A stretch of 39,443 bases of DNA from a virus. Its lineage: Duplodnaviria > Caudoviricetes. The stretch is from the IMG/VR virus record IMGVR_UViG_3300009183_000020, positions 1-39,443 of that record. One strand, 5' to 3'. Below, one piece after another: positions 19,918 to 27,589 of the stretch (its first letter is position 1; each line of letters opens with the position of its first letter). Under the pieces are notes generated by a model. It was given only the letters and a program-made list of their open reading frames with translations, was not told the origin of the DNA and did no database searches. The translations under genes and the position numbers were made by a program.

Positions 19918-20437
19918 CGATAACTTTTCCTCTCGATTCTACTTGTTTGTGGCTCTGTGTACCGTCTGGCATATTCAGAATAACCGTAACGGCGTTGTTG
20001 GTCATTCCCTTGTGATCGATCGACTTTAACTGAGGATGTGTATACTTCAGCAGTTCCAACATCAGGTGCCTACGCTCGTTAGGTTTCATAACGAACTTGC
20101 CATAGTCTGGGCTGTTAATGTCTTCCTCGCGCTCGTTATACATGCGTAAGAGTTCCGCAGCAGGATCTAAATCTTGAGAAATAAGTATATCTCCTAGTGA
20201 TGCAGGCTTATCCGGGGACAGGGTCTTGGGCGATTGATCGGTAGCTACTAATCCTACTGGTGGCGTGGATATACGAACGGCCGCACCCATACGTGGTTCG
20301 TTGCTCATGTTCAACGGAGCCTTGATCATTACAGGACCAGTCGCTCCGATAGTCGCAGTGGCCAACTCCTTCTTCCGCCTCTGCAGTTCTTGGATCTCTT
20401 CCACACTTGGGACTCGTTGCTTTTCACGTTTGGCCAT
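19910..20437 (-). CDS. terS: Probable terminase small subunit
   Basis: Directly upstream of and overlapping terL; DP..EL....ELLKY.HPQLKSID motif. Confidence 0.7.
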   Translation of the reverse strand: MAKREKQRVPSVEEIQELQRRKKELATATIGATGPVMIKAPLNMSNEPRMGAAVRISTPPVGLVATDQSPKTLSPDKPASLGDILISQDLDPAAELLRMYNEREEDINSPDYGKFVMKPNERRHLMLELLKYTHPQLKSIDHKGMTNNAVTVILNMPDGTQSHKQVESRGKVIDA

Positions 20438-20534
20438 AGTCTATAGGTGCATATTTAACCAAATTCTGGTTACAAAAGTAAATATAAAAGCTTCGGAGGG
20501 TCAGTGTTCAAGACCCTGTCTGTACACATAATTA

Positions 20535-20770
20535 GAAATGTATTACCGACTATTATTGTGTTATTACGACCAGACCTTTGTAAGTGATTGATAGTCAATG
20601 ACTTATAACTATTATATTACCTATTAGGACTTTTTTATCAATTATTTTTTTATTTTCGATTTTAATCAAAAATGATAATAACCCTAATACTAGCCTACGG
20701 AAGGTCTTGATAGTCAATGACTTATAAATAAACCGATCCAATAACTTACATAATAATCCGTAATATCTTA
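20535..20770. repeat. Left arm of a long imperfect inverted repeat (AT-rich, IHF-like dyads)
   Basis: Blocks ATCAAAAATGATAATA and ATAGTCAATGACTTATAAATAA reverse-complement 21820-21925; TTTGTAAGT..GTCAATGACTTA and TATTACCGA match 22092-22201 in reverse. Confidence 0.85.
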
Positions 20771-20904
20771 TATTATCCCTATATCCTCAAGCTCTGCGGG
20801 TGACGGTTTACGATATCCGAATCATGCGCCAGATTTCCCGGAATTTTTATATGGGTCCGTATCATACTCCGCGCGAAGTGAAAAGGCCCCCCAGGCCGGT
20901 CCAC

Positions 20905-21043
20905 GCCTCAACTCGCACGCGCGCACGCGCCTCAACTCGCGCGCGCACGCGCCTCAACTCGCGCACGTATGCGTTACGCGCGTGCGCCTCAATTCGCGTA
21001 CGCGCCTGCCTCAACTCGCGTACGCACGCACACGCACGCGCGC
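20905..21043 (+). repeat. Five GCCTCAAYTCGC direct repeats separated by alternating purine-pyrimidine tracts
   Basis: Copies start at 20905, 20929, 20951, 20986 and 21008; spacers such as ACGCGCGCACGC, GCGCGCACGC, GTACGCACGCACACGCACGCGCGC. Confidence 0.92.
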
Positions 21044-21153
21044 TTGTCTTCCATGTGCATATTGGTTAAGCTTTCTTAATTAAATAAAAAAAATAAATTT
21101 GGTCGTAAGTAATTGAATATGAATGAGTTACGTTTTGCGTACAAAAATAATTG

Positions 21154-21181
21154 TTTACGAATTCCCATGATTGGGTATAAT
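21154..21181 (+). promoter_or_regulatory. Sigma70-type early promoter
   Basis: TTTACG-N16-TATAAT with an AT-rich UP-like element, about 55 nt before the first early gene. Confidence 0.6.
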
Positions 21182-21237
21182 AAAAACGAGCGGCAAAAAT
21201 GCCTCTCCGTGAGAAAAACATAAATACACACACATAT

Positions 21238-21624
21238 ATGAAGAGACATGAAATCGTATCGGCATTGCAATCAATGACTGCAATGAACAAATCAGAAATG
21301 ACCGCAGCAATCGAAGCATTGATTGCTGACCTAGGTCCGGCAACCACTGCTGATGCAGGCAAGTTGGTTTATTTTGTCACCATCAATGACAAGATTGTTG
21401 ACCCTGCAATGAAGTATCCCAAACAGATGCTCACATGCCATGACATTATTCATGAGAAAGCTGCTGGCAAAACCGTGTCCCGCGCTGAGATTCTCGGCTG
21501 GATCGGCGAGGAGGCTGAAAAGCTGAACACCAAGCAGACACCTGAGCGCATCTACGCCTTCTACCAGAAGCGCATGGAGGACGAGGGTTGGCTGACCCGC
21601 GCCAAAGAGCGCGTAATCGCATAA
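21238..21624 (+). CDS. Early protein, winged-helix-like paralog 1 (probable start MKRHEIV at 21238)
   Basis: C-terminal PKQM..CHDII...VSRAEIL..I...AEKLNTKQTPERIYAFYQKRM..EGWL shared with two other genes; has its own promoter and terminator. Confidence 0.75.
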   Translation: MKRHEIVSALQSMTAMNKSEMTAAIEALIADLGPATTADAGKLVYFVTINDKIVDPAMKYPKQMLTCHDIIHEKAAGKTVSRAEILGWIGEEAEKLNTKQTPERIYAFYQKRMEDEGWLTRAKERVIA

Positions 21625-21638
21625 GGAAACACGAATCG

Positions 21639-21672
21639 AGGCCACTCGGCGCAAGCTGGGTGGCCTTTTTTT
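21639..21672 (+). terminator. Intrinsic terminator
   Basis: AGGCCACTCGGC-GCAA-GCTGGGTGGCCT stem with a GNRA loop, followed by a T-run. Confidence 0.9.
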
Positions 21673-21819
21673 CGTGCAGTTTTGGCTTGGATAGTGAACA
21701 GAGGAGTGTTGCCATCGACCACGGTCCTTCCACCAACTGCCTACTCCGTCATCCGCTGCCAACTGCCCAGCAACAATAATTCACTGCCCATGTAGAAGTG
21801 TTATATTATAAGATAACTC

Positions 21820-22207
21820 ATTGTTATTACGAATTATTATCTGGTTATTAGGATCAAATTATTTATAAGTCATTGACTATTAACTGCTTATAAATAATTA
21901 TATTATGATATTATCATTTTTGATCAATTATTTCAATTTACTCATTCAGGGTCTCTATGAACCACTTAAGTTTACCAATCTCTGGCAACTCCATGGAAGA
22001 AAAATTAAAAAAGTATAATAATGACCCAAAGTCATAATAACCATAATAACTTGCACCCTTACCAGACTGAAAAGTGTATAAGGGAAAACCCTAAGTCATT
22101 GACTCTAAACAACTTACAAAGTTTATCGCTCCCGAAAACGTCTGTCACGCTGGTAATTATCCATAATATAATCGGTAATAACAAGGTAATAATCGGTAAT
22201 ATACATT
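21820..22207. repeat. Right arm of the long imperfect inverted repeat
   Basis: Reverse-complement blocks of 20535-20770, in mirrored order, with a longer internal spacer. Confidence 0.8.
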
Positions 22208-22321
22208 GATAAATATATCCTGGTGTGTACCTTTTTAATGTACATAGATTCTACATATACTATTATGAGCTCGTTGCCCGTTATTAGACGGGTATCACAA
22301 TCAATAACCAACCGCAATAAC

Positions 22322-22594
22322 ATGAACTCATTAAAAAATCGCTTATACGCAGTAATACAAGAACATCACGATGATAGTCACAAGCTTATCGAGCAGATGA
22401 CAGAATGCCTGTTTAACCATGAATTAGAACTCGACGGTAGATTCGAAATGCTTTCAATCGTACAAATGACCTGTTTAGCAGTAAGTGCAAAATCAGGTAC
22501 AATATCAGTCGTATACTTCCTCGAACAAGTAAACGAGCTTGCTATTAGCCTGTGGGAACACCATTGCAAGACCGTAGGCATTATGTACAACTAA
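22322..22594 (+). CDS. Hypothetical early protein (probable start MNSLKNR)
   Basis: ATG at 22322 after an A/C-rich leader; abuts the next gene. Confidence 0.6.
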   Translation: MNSLKNRLYAVIQEHHDDSHKLIEQMTECLFNHELELDGRFEMLSIVQMTCLAVSAKSGTISVVYFLEQVNELAISLWEHHCKTVGIMYN

Positions 22595-22595
22595 T

Positions 22596-22964
22596 ATGAG
22601 TGCAATTATATACACGCCACTCACAGCGGAAGAACTAAGAGAAAAGTTTAACCGCAAATCCCTGCTACAGGGTGCAAGATCCTATGCTCTTATCAATAAG
22701 CTGCATAATAAAAAAGACGGGCACGCGCATACATGGCTGCTCGTAGGTGTGGACAATGATCCGCGCTACAAATACATCATCTGGGAAGCAAGCCAAGGCA
22801 CTGGTGCAGGCTACTATTTCTTTCCTGAAGAGCAGGAGATGTGGACATCGAATAACACACTAGACGAAATACTTTTATCTATAAGCGAGAATACGTTTTA
22901 TGACGTATTTGAATTTGTAGAATGGGAAACACCAATCAGAGAACAATGGATACAACGCATATGA
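22596..22964 (+). CDS. Hypothetical early protein (122 aa)
   Basis: Tightly packed plus-strand ORF; no motif recognised. Confidence 0.65.
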   Translation: MSAIIYTPLTAEELREKFNRKSLLQGARSYALINKLHNKKDGHAHTWLLVGVDNDPRYKYIIWEASQGTGAGYYFFPEEQEMWTSNNTLDEILLSISENTFYDVFEFVEWETPIREQWIQRI

Positions 22965-23188
22965 TCGAACAATACATAGAACAAATAGTAGCACAGAAAT
23001 ACGGACCGACTGCTGTAGTAAAACAAGACAATACTGTAGATATACCAGACGGTAAACTAATAACCGCAACCATAAATAAAAAGAACACGCTTGTACCAGC
23101 AGTGTTTATGTGCACGAAAGTGCCACGAGGTTACGTCGTACAAATGTTTGAACATACACACCAAGTGTTAGTTCCTACAAAGTTATAG
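22961..23188 (+). CDS. Hypothetical early protein (probable start MIEQYIE)
   Basis: ATGA overlap with the upstream stop. Confidence 0.6.
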   Translation: MIEQYIEQIVAQKYGPTAVVKQDNTVDIPDGKLITATINKKNTLVPAVFMCTKVPRGYVVQMFEHTHQVLVPTKL

Positions 23189-23210
23189 GCAATACTTGTA
23201 CCTACAGAGA

Positions 23211-23263
23211 GACACCAGGGATAAAAAGGATGTATGTGATACATTTAAATTTCCCCTGGTGTC
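23211..23263. promoter_or_regulatory. Nested inverted repeat (hairpin or operator)
   Basis: GACACCAGGG (23211-20) / CCCTGGTGTC (23254-63) enclosing ATGTAT-GTG-ATACAT. Confidence 0.6.
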
Positions 23264-23288
23264 ATTCTAGTTTACACTATATAAATCT

Positions 23289-23438
23289 ATGAACGCACCG
23301 CATAAACCAGACATTGAATCAGAGGACCATAATTGGGACCGTGAATACGAACGTGACTATGAACCAAATAACCGCCCACAGGATGGACGCATCTGCGATT
23401 GTGAAGATGCACCATGCTGTGGTTGTTACACTCTCTAA
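23289..23438 (+). CDS. 49-aa acidic, Cys-rich microprotein ending CDCEDAPCCGC
   Basis: Below the ORF-track cutoff; translated by hand as MNAPHKPDIESEDHNWDREYERDYEPNNRPQDGRICDCEDAPCCGCYTL; its stop is 3 nt before the next ATG. Confidence 0.75.
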   Translation: MNAPHKPDIESEDHNWDREYERDYEPNNRPQDGRICDCEDAPCCGCYTL

Positions 23439-23441
23439 TAT

Positions 23442-23837
23442 ATGACACCACAACAAAACACCGTACTGGACGCTCTCCAGTCTATAGCAAATGCGAATGG
23501 GTTCCGCCTGATCGCATACACACCCGGTCAGGTAATGACCGTCAAAATCGATCCTCACTACATCGATTTACTACAAGACCCTGACCCTGTCGAGCGCAGG
23601 GAGGGAGTCTTGCCACGGCTCGTAGAAGATGCGACCCATGTCTCAGTCCCAAAGCCGTTGGAGCGGACGATCAATCCGGACGATCTTCCACCGAAGCTCC
23701 GCGACTTAGTGTCCGACTCCAATGCAAAGCGTATATGCGGACAGTGTGGCATGCCGCTACAAGGCGGTAGCTGCTTCGAATGTTCCATATCGCCAGCAGG
23801 TAACCCTGAACCCGGAGGTAACTATGGAGAAGACTAA
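23442..23837 (+). CDS. Hypothetical protein with a C-terminal zinc ribbon
   Basis: CGQC-x8-CFEC motif. Confidence 0.65.
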   Translation: MTPQQNTVLDALQSIANANGFRLIAYTPGQVMTVKIDPHYIDLLQDPDPVERREGVLPRLVEDATHVSVPKPLERTINPDDLPPKLRDLVSDSNAKRICGQCGMPLQGGSCFECSISPAGNPEPGGNYGED

Positions 23838-24453
23838 TTCCAGCTACGACTTCCCTATCACTGAGAAGATGCTCGCCGCAGTGTTGGTTAAAAACAACAC
23901 GAACGAATGGTTTCGCTTCGACTTATGGGAAGATCGCATATTCATTATGATGCGTCGTGAAGAGTACCAGAACTGGGAAGACTACGACGACGGCTACAAT
24001 GACGAAGATGTCGAAGAGCTACACAGCATTTACCTTGCTATGTACCAACGACCTGCACTCAAGAATGCTCCTAAGAAGACCCTGACTAAGGCAATCTGGG
24101 GTAAGCTGTATATGCGCGCCAATGATCGCTCTACTACATACCGCACTGGTGCAGTCATTAACGATCATACTGGACAGCGTGAGCGCAAGAGAAGTCTTGA
24201 TCGTCGTGGGTACAGGGCGATCGAAGGTTCTAACGATGTCCACATGCAGAATCAGGCGATTATAGTTCATCGTGCACTTATAGGCTTACATCAGGATTCT
24301 GATAAGGAATTCGTTAGTGAGTCTGACGTGCGCGAGCTTATGGATCGCTTACGCGACAGTGGATTGCTGAAGACAAAGCAAGATCCATTCCGCATCTTTC
24401 AATACTATAGACCCGCTCTTATTAAGGCAGGTAAACTCGAATTTGTAGAATAA
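23824..24453 (+). CDS. Early protein, winged-helix-like paralog 2 (probable start MEKTNSS)
   Basis: C-terminal QNQAIIVHRAL...VSESDVRELM....GLLKTKQDPFRIFQYYRPALIKAGKL; acidic N-terminal domain. Confidence 0.75.
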   Translation: MEKTNSSYDFPITEKMLAAVLVKNNTNEWFRFDLWEDRIFIMMRREEYQNWEDYDDGYNDEDVEELHSIYLAMYQRPALKNAPKKTLTKAIWGKLYMRANDRSTTYRTGAVINDHTGQRERKRSLDRRGYRAIEGSNDVHMQNQAIIVHRALIGLHQDSDKEFVSESDVRELMDRLRDSGLLKTKQDPFRIFQYYRPALIKAGKLEFVE

Positions 24454-24457
24454 TAAT

Positions 24458-24637
24458 ATGAGCTCTATTACGACGACAACCGAAATGATAAAAGCCGGAT
24501 ACATGGACTTAGGTACTAATCCGAACACTACACCACCAGCTACTGATTGGGTACGCGTCCACGTATCTGGATCAGGTAACTACGAAATATGGAAGTCAGA
24601 CGAACTGCATTGCTACTATTCAATAATTTCTGACTGA
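24458..24637 (+). CDS. 59-aa hypothetical protein
   Basis: Below the ORF-track cutoff; MSSITTTTEMIKAGYMDLG...ELHCYYSIISD fills the gap 4 nt after the upstream stop. Confidence 0.6.
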   Translation: MSSITTTTEMIKAGYMDLGTNPNTTPPATDWVRVHVSGSGNYEIWKSDELHCYYSIISD

Positions 24638-24750
24638 AAAATATTTGGAAAGTCTGTTATTTTTAAGTATACAAGCAACTTCTACACACTACTATTACCT
24701 TCTCGCGACTAACTATCGCATTTCACAAACAACAAAAAGAAAATAAGACA

Positions 24751-25158
24751 ATGGCTAAGAAAAATACAACCGCAACTGAGAATACCGCTACACCACCCGC
24801 AGCTCCTGATAAGACTGCAGGTAAGAAAGAAACTGCACCGAAGAAAGTCGGTCGTCCCGCCGGTCAATCGACCAAGGAAAGCGACATCTTTCGCACGGTC
24901 GATCCACAACCTGACGACAAAGACGTCAACAACAAGCTCGCACCACAAGCGCAAGCTATCGCAAACATTGTTAAGGCTGCAGGTCCTGCAGGTCTTACCC
25001 GCAAGGATCTTGTGGCCCAAATGGACGGCGTGGTTACTACCCGCCAACCACAAGGCCGCATCCTGAGCTACTACCAGAAAACGCTGACGGAAAAAGGATT
25101 CGTGACCATTGAGTCCCCTACTAAATCCGAAGTCCCAGCGGAAGCCCCAACGGCATAA
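24751..25158 (+). CDS. DNA-binding protein, winged-helix-like paralog 3 with a basic K/A/P/T tail and AT-hook-like KKVGRP motif
   Basis: APQAQAIANIV...LTRKDLV..M...VTTRQPQGRILSYYQKTL..KGFV; followed by a terminator. Confidence 0.78.
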   Translation: MAKKNTTATENTATPPAAPDKTAGKKETAPKKVGRPAGQSTKESDIFRTVDPQPDDKDVNNKLAPQAQAIANIVKAAGPAGLTRKDLVAQMDGVVTTRQPQGRILSYYQKTLTEKGFVTIESPTKSEVPAEAPTA

Positions 25159-25184
25159 CGTGTAGCTAAACGCAAATAATCGAA

Positions 25185-25218
25185 GACCCCTGCCGGAAAC
25201 GGTGGGGGTTCTTTGTTT
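25185..25218 (+). terminator. Intrinsic terminator
   Basis: GACCCCTGCCG-GAAA-CGGTGGGGGTT stem, then CTTTGTTT. Confidence 0.85.
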
Positions 25219-25238
25219 ACTGAACGGACAAATTTATA

Positions 25239-25267
25239 TTTACTAAGATAAAACGGGGATATACTAT
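25239..25267 (+). promoter_or_regulatory. Sigma70-type promoter for the nucleotide-modification/replication operon
   Basis: TTTACT-N17-TACTAT, 6 nt before the ATG at 25274 (possibly leaderless). Confidence 0.55.
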
Positions 25268-25273
25268 TAAAAC

Positions 25274-25597
25274 ATGACGACACAAGAACGCATGAATCAA
25301 TTGTTTAGCCATAATAAAAGCCTTCAGGCTGCTAACAAGCAAATTCAAACCGCCTATAAAGAACTCCAAGAAGAACTAGTGGCTGCAGAGAAAAGTCTTG
25401 CTTCACAACGCGACTTGTTCTTTGCCATGTGTGCCACCTTCGGTCCTAAAATCACATTGCGCATAGAAAACTTTCTCGATATAATGGAGCATGCAGAATT
25501 CGATGGTAAAATATCCCTAGATAGCGATGGGGTATTTTGCGCGGATATTGAGCTCTATGTTAACGGTAAACCACAAACACAAATAACAGACAACTAA
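25274..25597 (+). CDS. Hypothetical protein with an N-terminal coiled coil
   Basis: Heptad-like first 50 aa; first gene of the operon. Confidence 0.65.
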   Translation: MTTQERMNQLFSHNKSLQAANKQIQTAYKELQEELVAAEKSLASQRDLFFAMCATFGPKITLRIENFLDIMEHAEFDGKISLDSDGVFCADIELYVNGKPQTQITDN

Positions 25598-25598
25598 T

Positions 25599-26474
25599 AT
25601 GGCAAACGAACGAGGCAAATCTGTCGATACTACCTTCCTCAGTATTGATCAGGCCGAAAAGAGAGGATTCCTACACCGCGACTACATTGCTCACTGCTTT
25701 CGATGGTCGCATGTAATGAAGCGAATGATGGAGCAAAAGCGTTATGCTACAGCTCGTATCATGGATATCGGATGTGGACGTGAGCTCCCATTTGCCAAGA
25801 CCCTGTACTCCAGCAAGATGATTCCAAAGCAATACATCGGCATCGACGCTGGTCAAATGCTCCCAGACTCTGTCGAGGCTGCTCGTAAGGGTAAGATGGG
25901 TGAAGTAACTACCTTATATCCGCATACACTATTCTGCAGGGATTTCGTAGACAACCGGTGTCAGGGTCTAGAGGGCAACATTACAGATATTGTTTGCTTT
26001 GAGGTTGCTGAGCACGTTGAGCCGGTAATGCTTAAGGAAATGCTTGACAGTATGCTACGCCTTATCGATCCTAATATGGGCCGCGTGTGGATCTCTACTC
26101 CCTGCTGGGATTATAAGTCCTGTGCTGCTAACCATGTTAACGAGATGACATACGCCGCGTTCGGTGGTATGCTCTGTGAGACTGGCTTCCATATCGAGGA
26201 TGTGCACGGAACATTCGCTTCAATCAGTGATTACAAACCGCACATGTCTCCTCAGTACTTAGAAGTGTTCAACGACCTTCGTGAGTACTACGACACTAAC
26301 GTGCTTTCTACTATCTTTGCTCCTATGTTCCCAGCACAATCACGCAACTGCTTGTGGGAACTGCGGCATCCAAGAGCAAATGAACTTCCACAACTAGATA
26401 ACGGATGGGCACACGTCAAAGACTGCCAGGCGCCTTGGGGCTCATCCGAGCATTGGAAAGATATGTCCCGGTAA
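25599..26474 (+). CDS. Class I SAM-dependent methyltransferase (UbiG/small-molecule-like)
   Basis: Motif I IMDIGCG, motif II YIGID, DIVCFEVAEHV and G.VWISTP...NHVNE; lacks DPPY/NPPY and ENV DNA-methyltransferase motifs. Confidence 0.88.
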   Translation: MANERGKSVDTTFLSIDQAEKRGFLHRDYIAHCFRWSHVMKRMMEQKRYATARIMDIGCGRELPFAKTLYSSKMIPKQYIGIDAGQMLPDSVEAARKGKMGEVTTLYPHTLFCRDFVDNRCQGLEGNITDIVCFEVAEHVEPVMLKEMLDSMLRLIDPNMGRVWISTPCWDYKSCAANHVNEMTYAAFGGMLCETGFHIEDVHGTFASISDYKPHMSPQYLEVFNDLREYYDTNVLSTIFAPMFPAQSRNCLWELRHPRANELPQLDNGWAHVKDCQAPWGSSEHWKDMSR

Positions 26475-26579
26475 ATTTCCATAATGTGTGTGGAAGACCG
26501 AGAGCTGAATCAAGCGGTCTATAATATCCTACACTCAGCGACTTGCCGCCGTTAGCGGCTAATACTCTCCAATAAATAT

Positions 26580-27044
26580 ATGAACGCGTTTAATACAAAT
26601 CAGGAGTTTACTCCATTAACCGATATTGCCCGCTTCCACGAGAAGTTCGGGCTTGAACAGAATAATAGCAAGGTTGCTGTTGCATCTGAGCAACAACCTG
26701 ATGGCGATATGCTTGACAACTGGTTAAGCAAAAATCGCGACAAGATGACCATTGAAGAATGGGAATTACGCCATCTTCGTTTGGCTGATGAAGCCGAAGA
26801 GTACGCGGAAGCTGTAGAAGATGAAGATGACGAGGAAACTCTTGATGCGCTTGTCGACATTATGTACATTGCATTGGGTACTGCATACCGACGCGGCTGG
26901 GACTTTGCTGAAGCCTGGAAGCGTGTACACACTGCTAACATGGAAAAACAACGTGGCAATCCTACTAATTCAAAGTATGGATCTGGCTTCGACATCATTA
27001 AACCCCAAGGCTGGAACGGCCCTGATCATAGCGACCTAGTATGA
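26580..27044 (+). CDS. MazG/PRA-PH-like all-alpha NTP pyrophosphohydrolase
   Basis: I..FH.KFG, R..RL.DEAEE, LDALVD..Y.A.G, AW.RVH.ANM.K, IKP.GW..PD..DL. Confidence 0.9.
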   Translation: MNAFNTNQEFTPLTDIARFHEKFGLEQNNSKVAVASEQQPDGDMLDNWLSKNRDKMTIEEWELRHLRLADEAEEYAEAVEDEDDEETLDALVDIMYIALGTAYRRGWDFAEAWKRVHTANMEKQRGNPTNSKYGSGFDIIKPQGWNGPDHSDLV

Positions 27045-27589
27045 GACCGAAAATCATTATTGTAGAAGGCCCAGACAACTGCGGCAAAACAACCCTGGCT
27101 AAATCTATTGCATACCGCCTTAACGCTACATACTGGCACATGACTGCTGGCAAAGGTTTAGTAGATCACGATGCCATGGCATTGTACCAGCTTAACGCTA
27201 TTCATAATGCGATTGTAAATGTAGAACAAGGTCGCACGATAGTGTTCGACAGATTGTGGCCAAGCGATGTAGTCTATGGCACTGCTCTTCGTGGTCGTCC
27301 TTCAACTCCAGTCGACCAGTTTATAGAACTTCTAAAACCTCATGCCGTGTATATCTTTTGCATGCGTGCTAATGCTATTGAGGAGCATGCTAAGAATCAA
27401 GACCCTGACCACCCATACGACCCTTCTGTGTACGCAAGTATTTACGACGGGTATATGCGACTGCTTAGTAAGTTCGAGAAAGAACATCCCAATGTGCTTA
27501 CTTATTGGTTAGATAACTTTATCTCTAATCAGAAAATCGATCGTTCAGGTCAGGTTAACGCATTTATCTACGGCCTTTCAAATCTATGA
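27041..27589 (+). CDS. Thymidylate-kinase-like (d)NMP kinase
   Basis: P-loop IIVEGPDNCGKTT and VFDR.WPSD.VYG motif. Confidence 0.88.
   Translation: MRPKIIIVEGPDNCGKTTLAKSIAYRLNATYWHMTAGKGLVDHDAMALYQLNAIHNAIVNVEQGRTIVFDRLWPSDVVYGTALRGRPSTPVDQFIELLKPHAVYIFCMRANAIEEHAKNQDPDHPYDPSVYASIYDGYMRLLSKFEKEHPNVLTYWLDNFISNQKIDRSGQVNAFIYGLSNL

Noticed and set aside
20905-21043. CRISPR or mini-array reading of the 12-mer repeats
   Set aside because: Repeats are only 12 bp, spacers are 10-23 bp and low-complexity, and there are no cas genes.
20800-21069. 89-aa Arg/Ala-rich ORF
   Set aside because: It is the translation of the purine-pyrimidine repeat island, with a non-ATG start and no protein-like composition.
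20770-21820. Recombinase-driven invertible switch between the inverted repeats
   Set aside because: No serine or tyrosine recombinase is recognisable and the arms are too degenerate for simple crossover sites; only long reads could revive the idea.
26475-26579. Known ribozyme or SAM riboswitch
   Set aside because: Partial resemblances (hairpin followed by CUAAU, pseudoknot potential), but the conserved cores of HDV-like, twister, pistol, SAM-II and SAH motifs could not be fitted.
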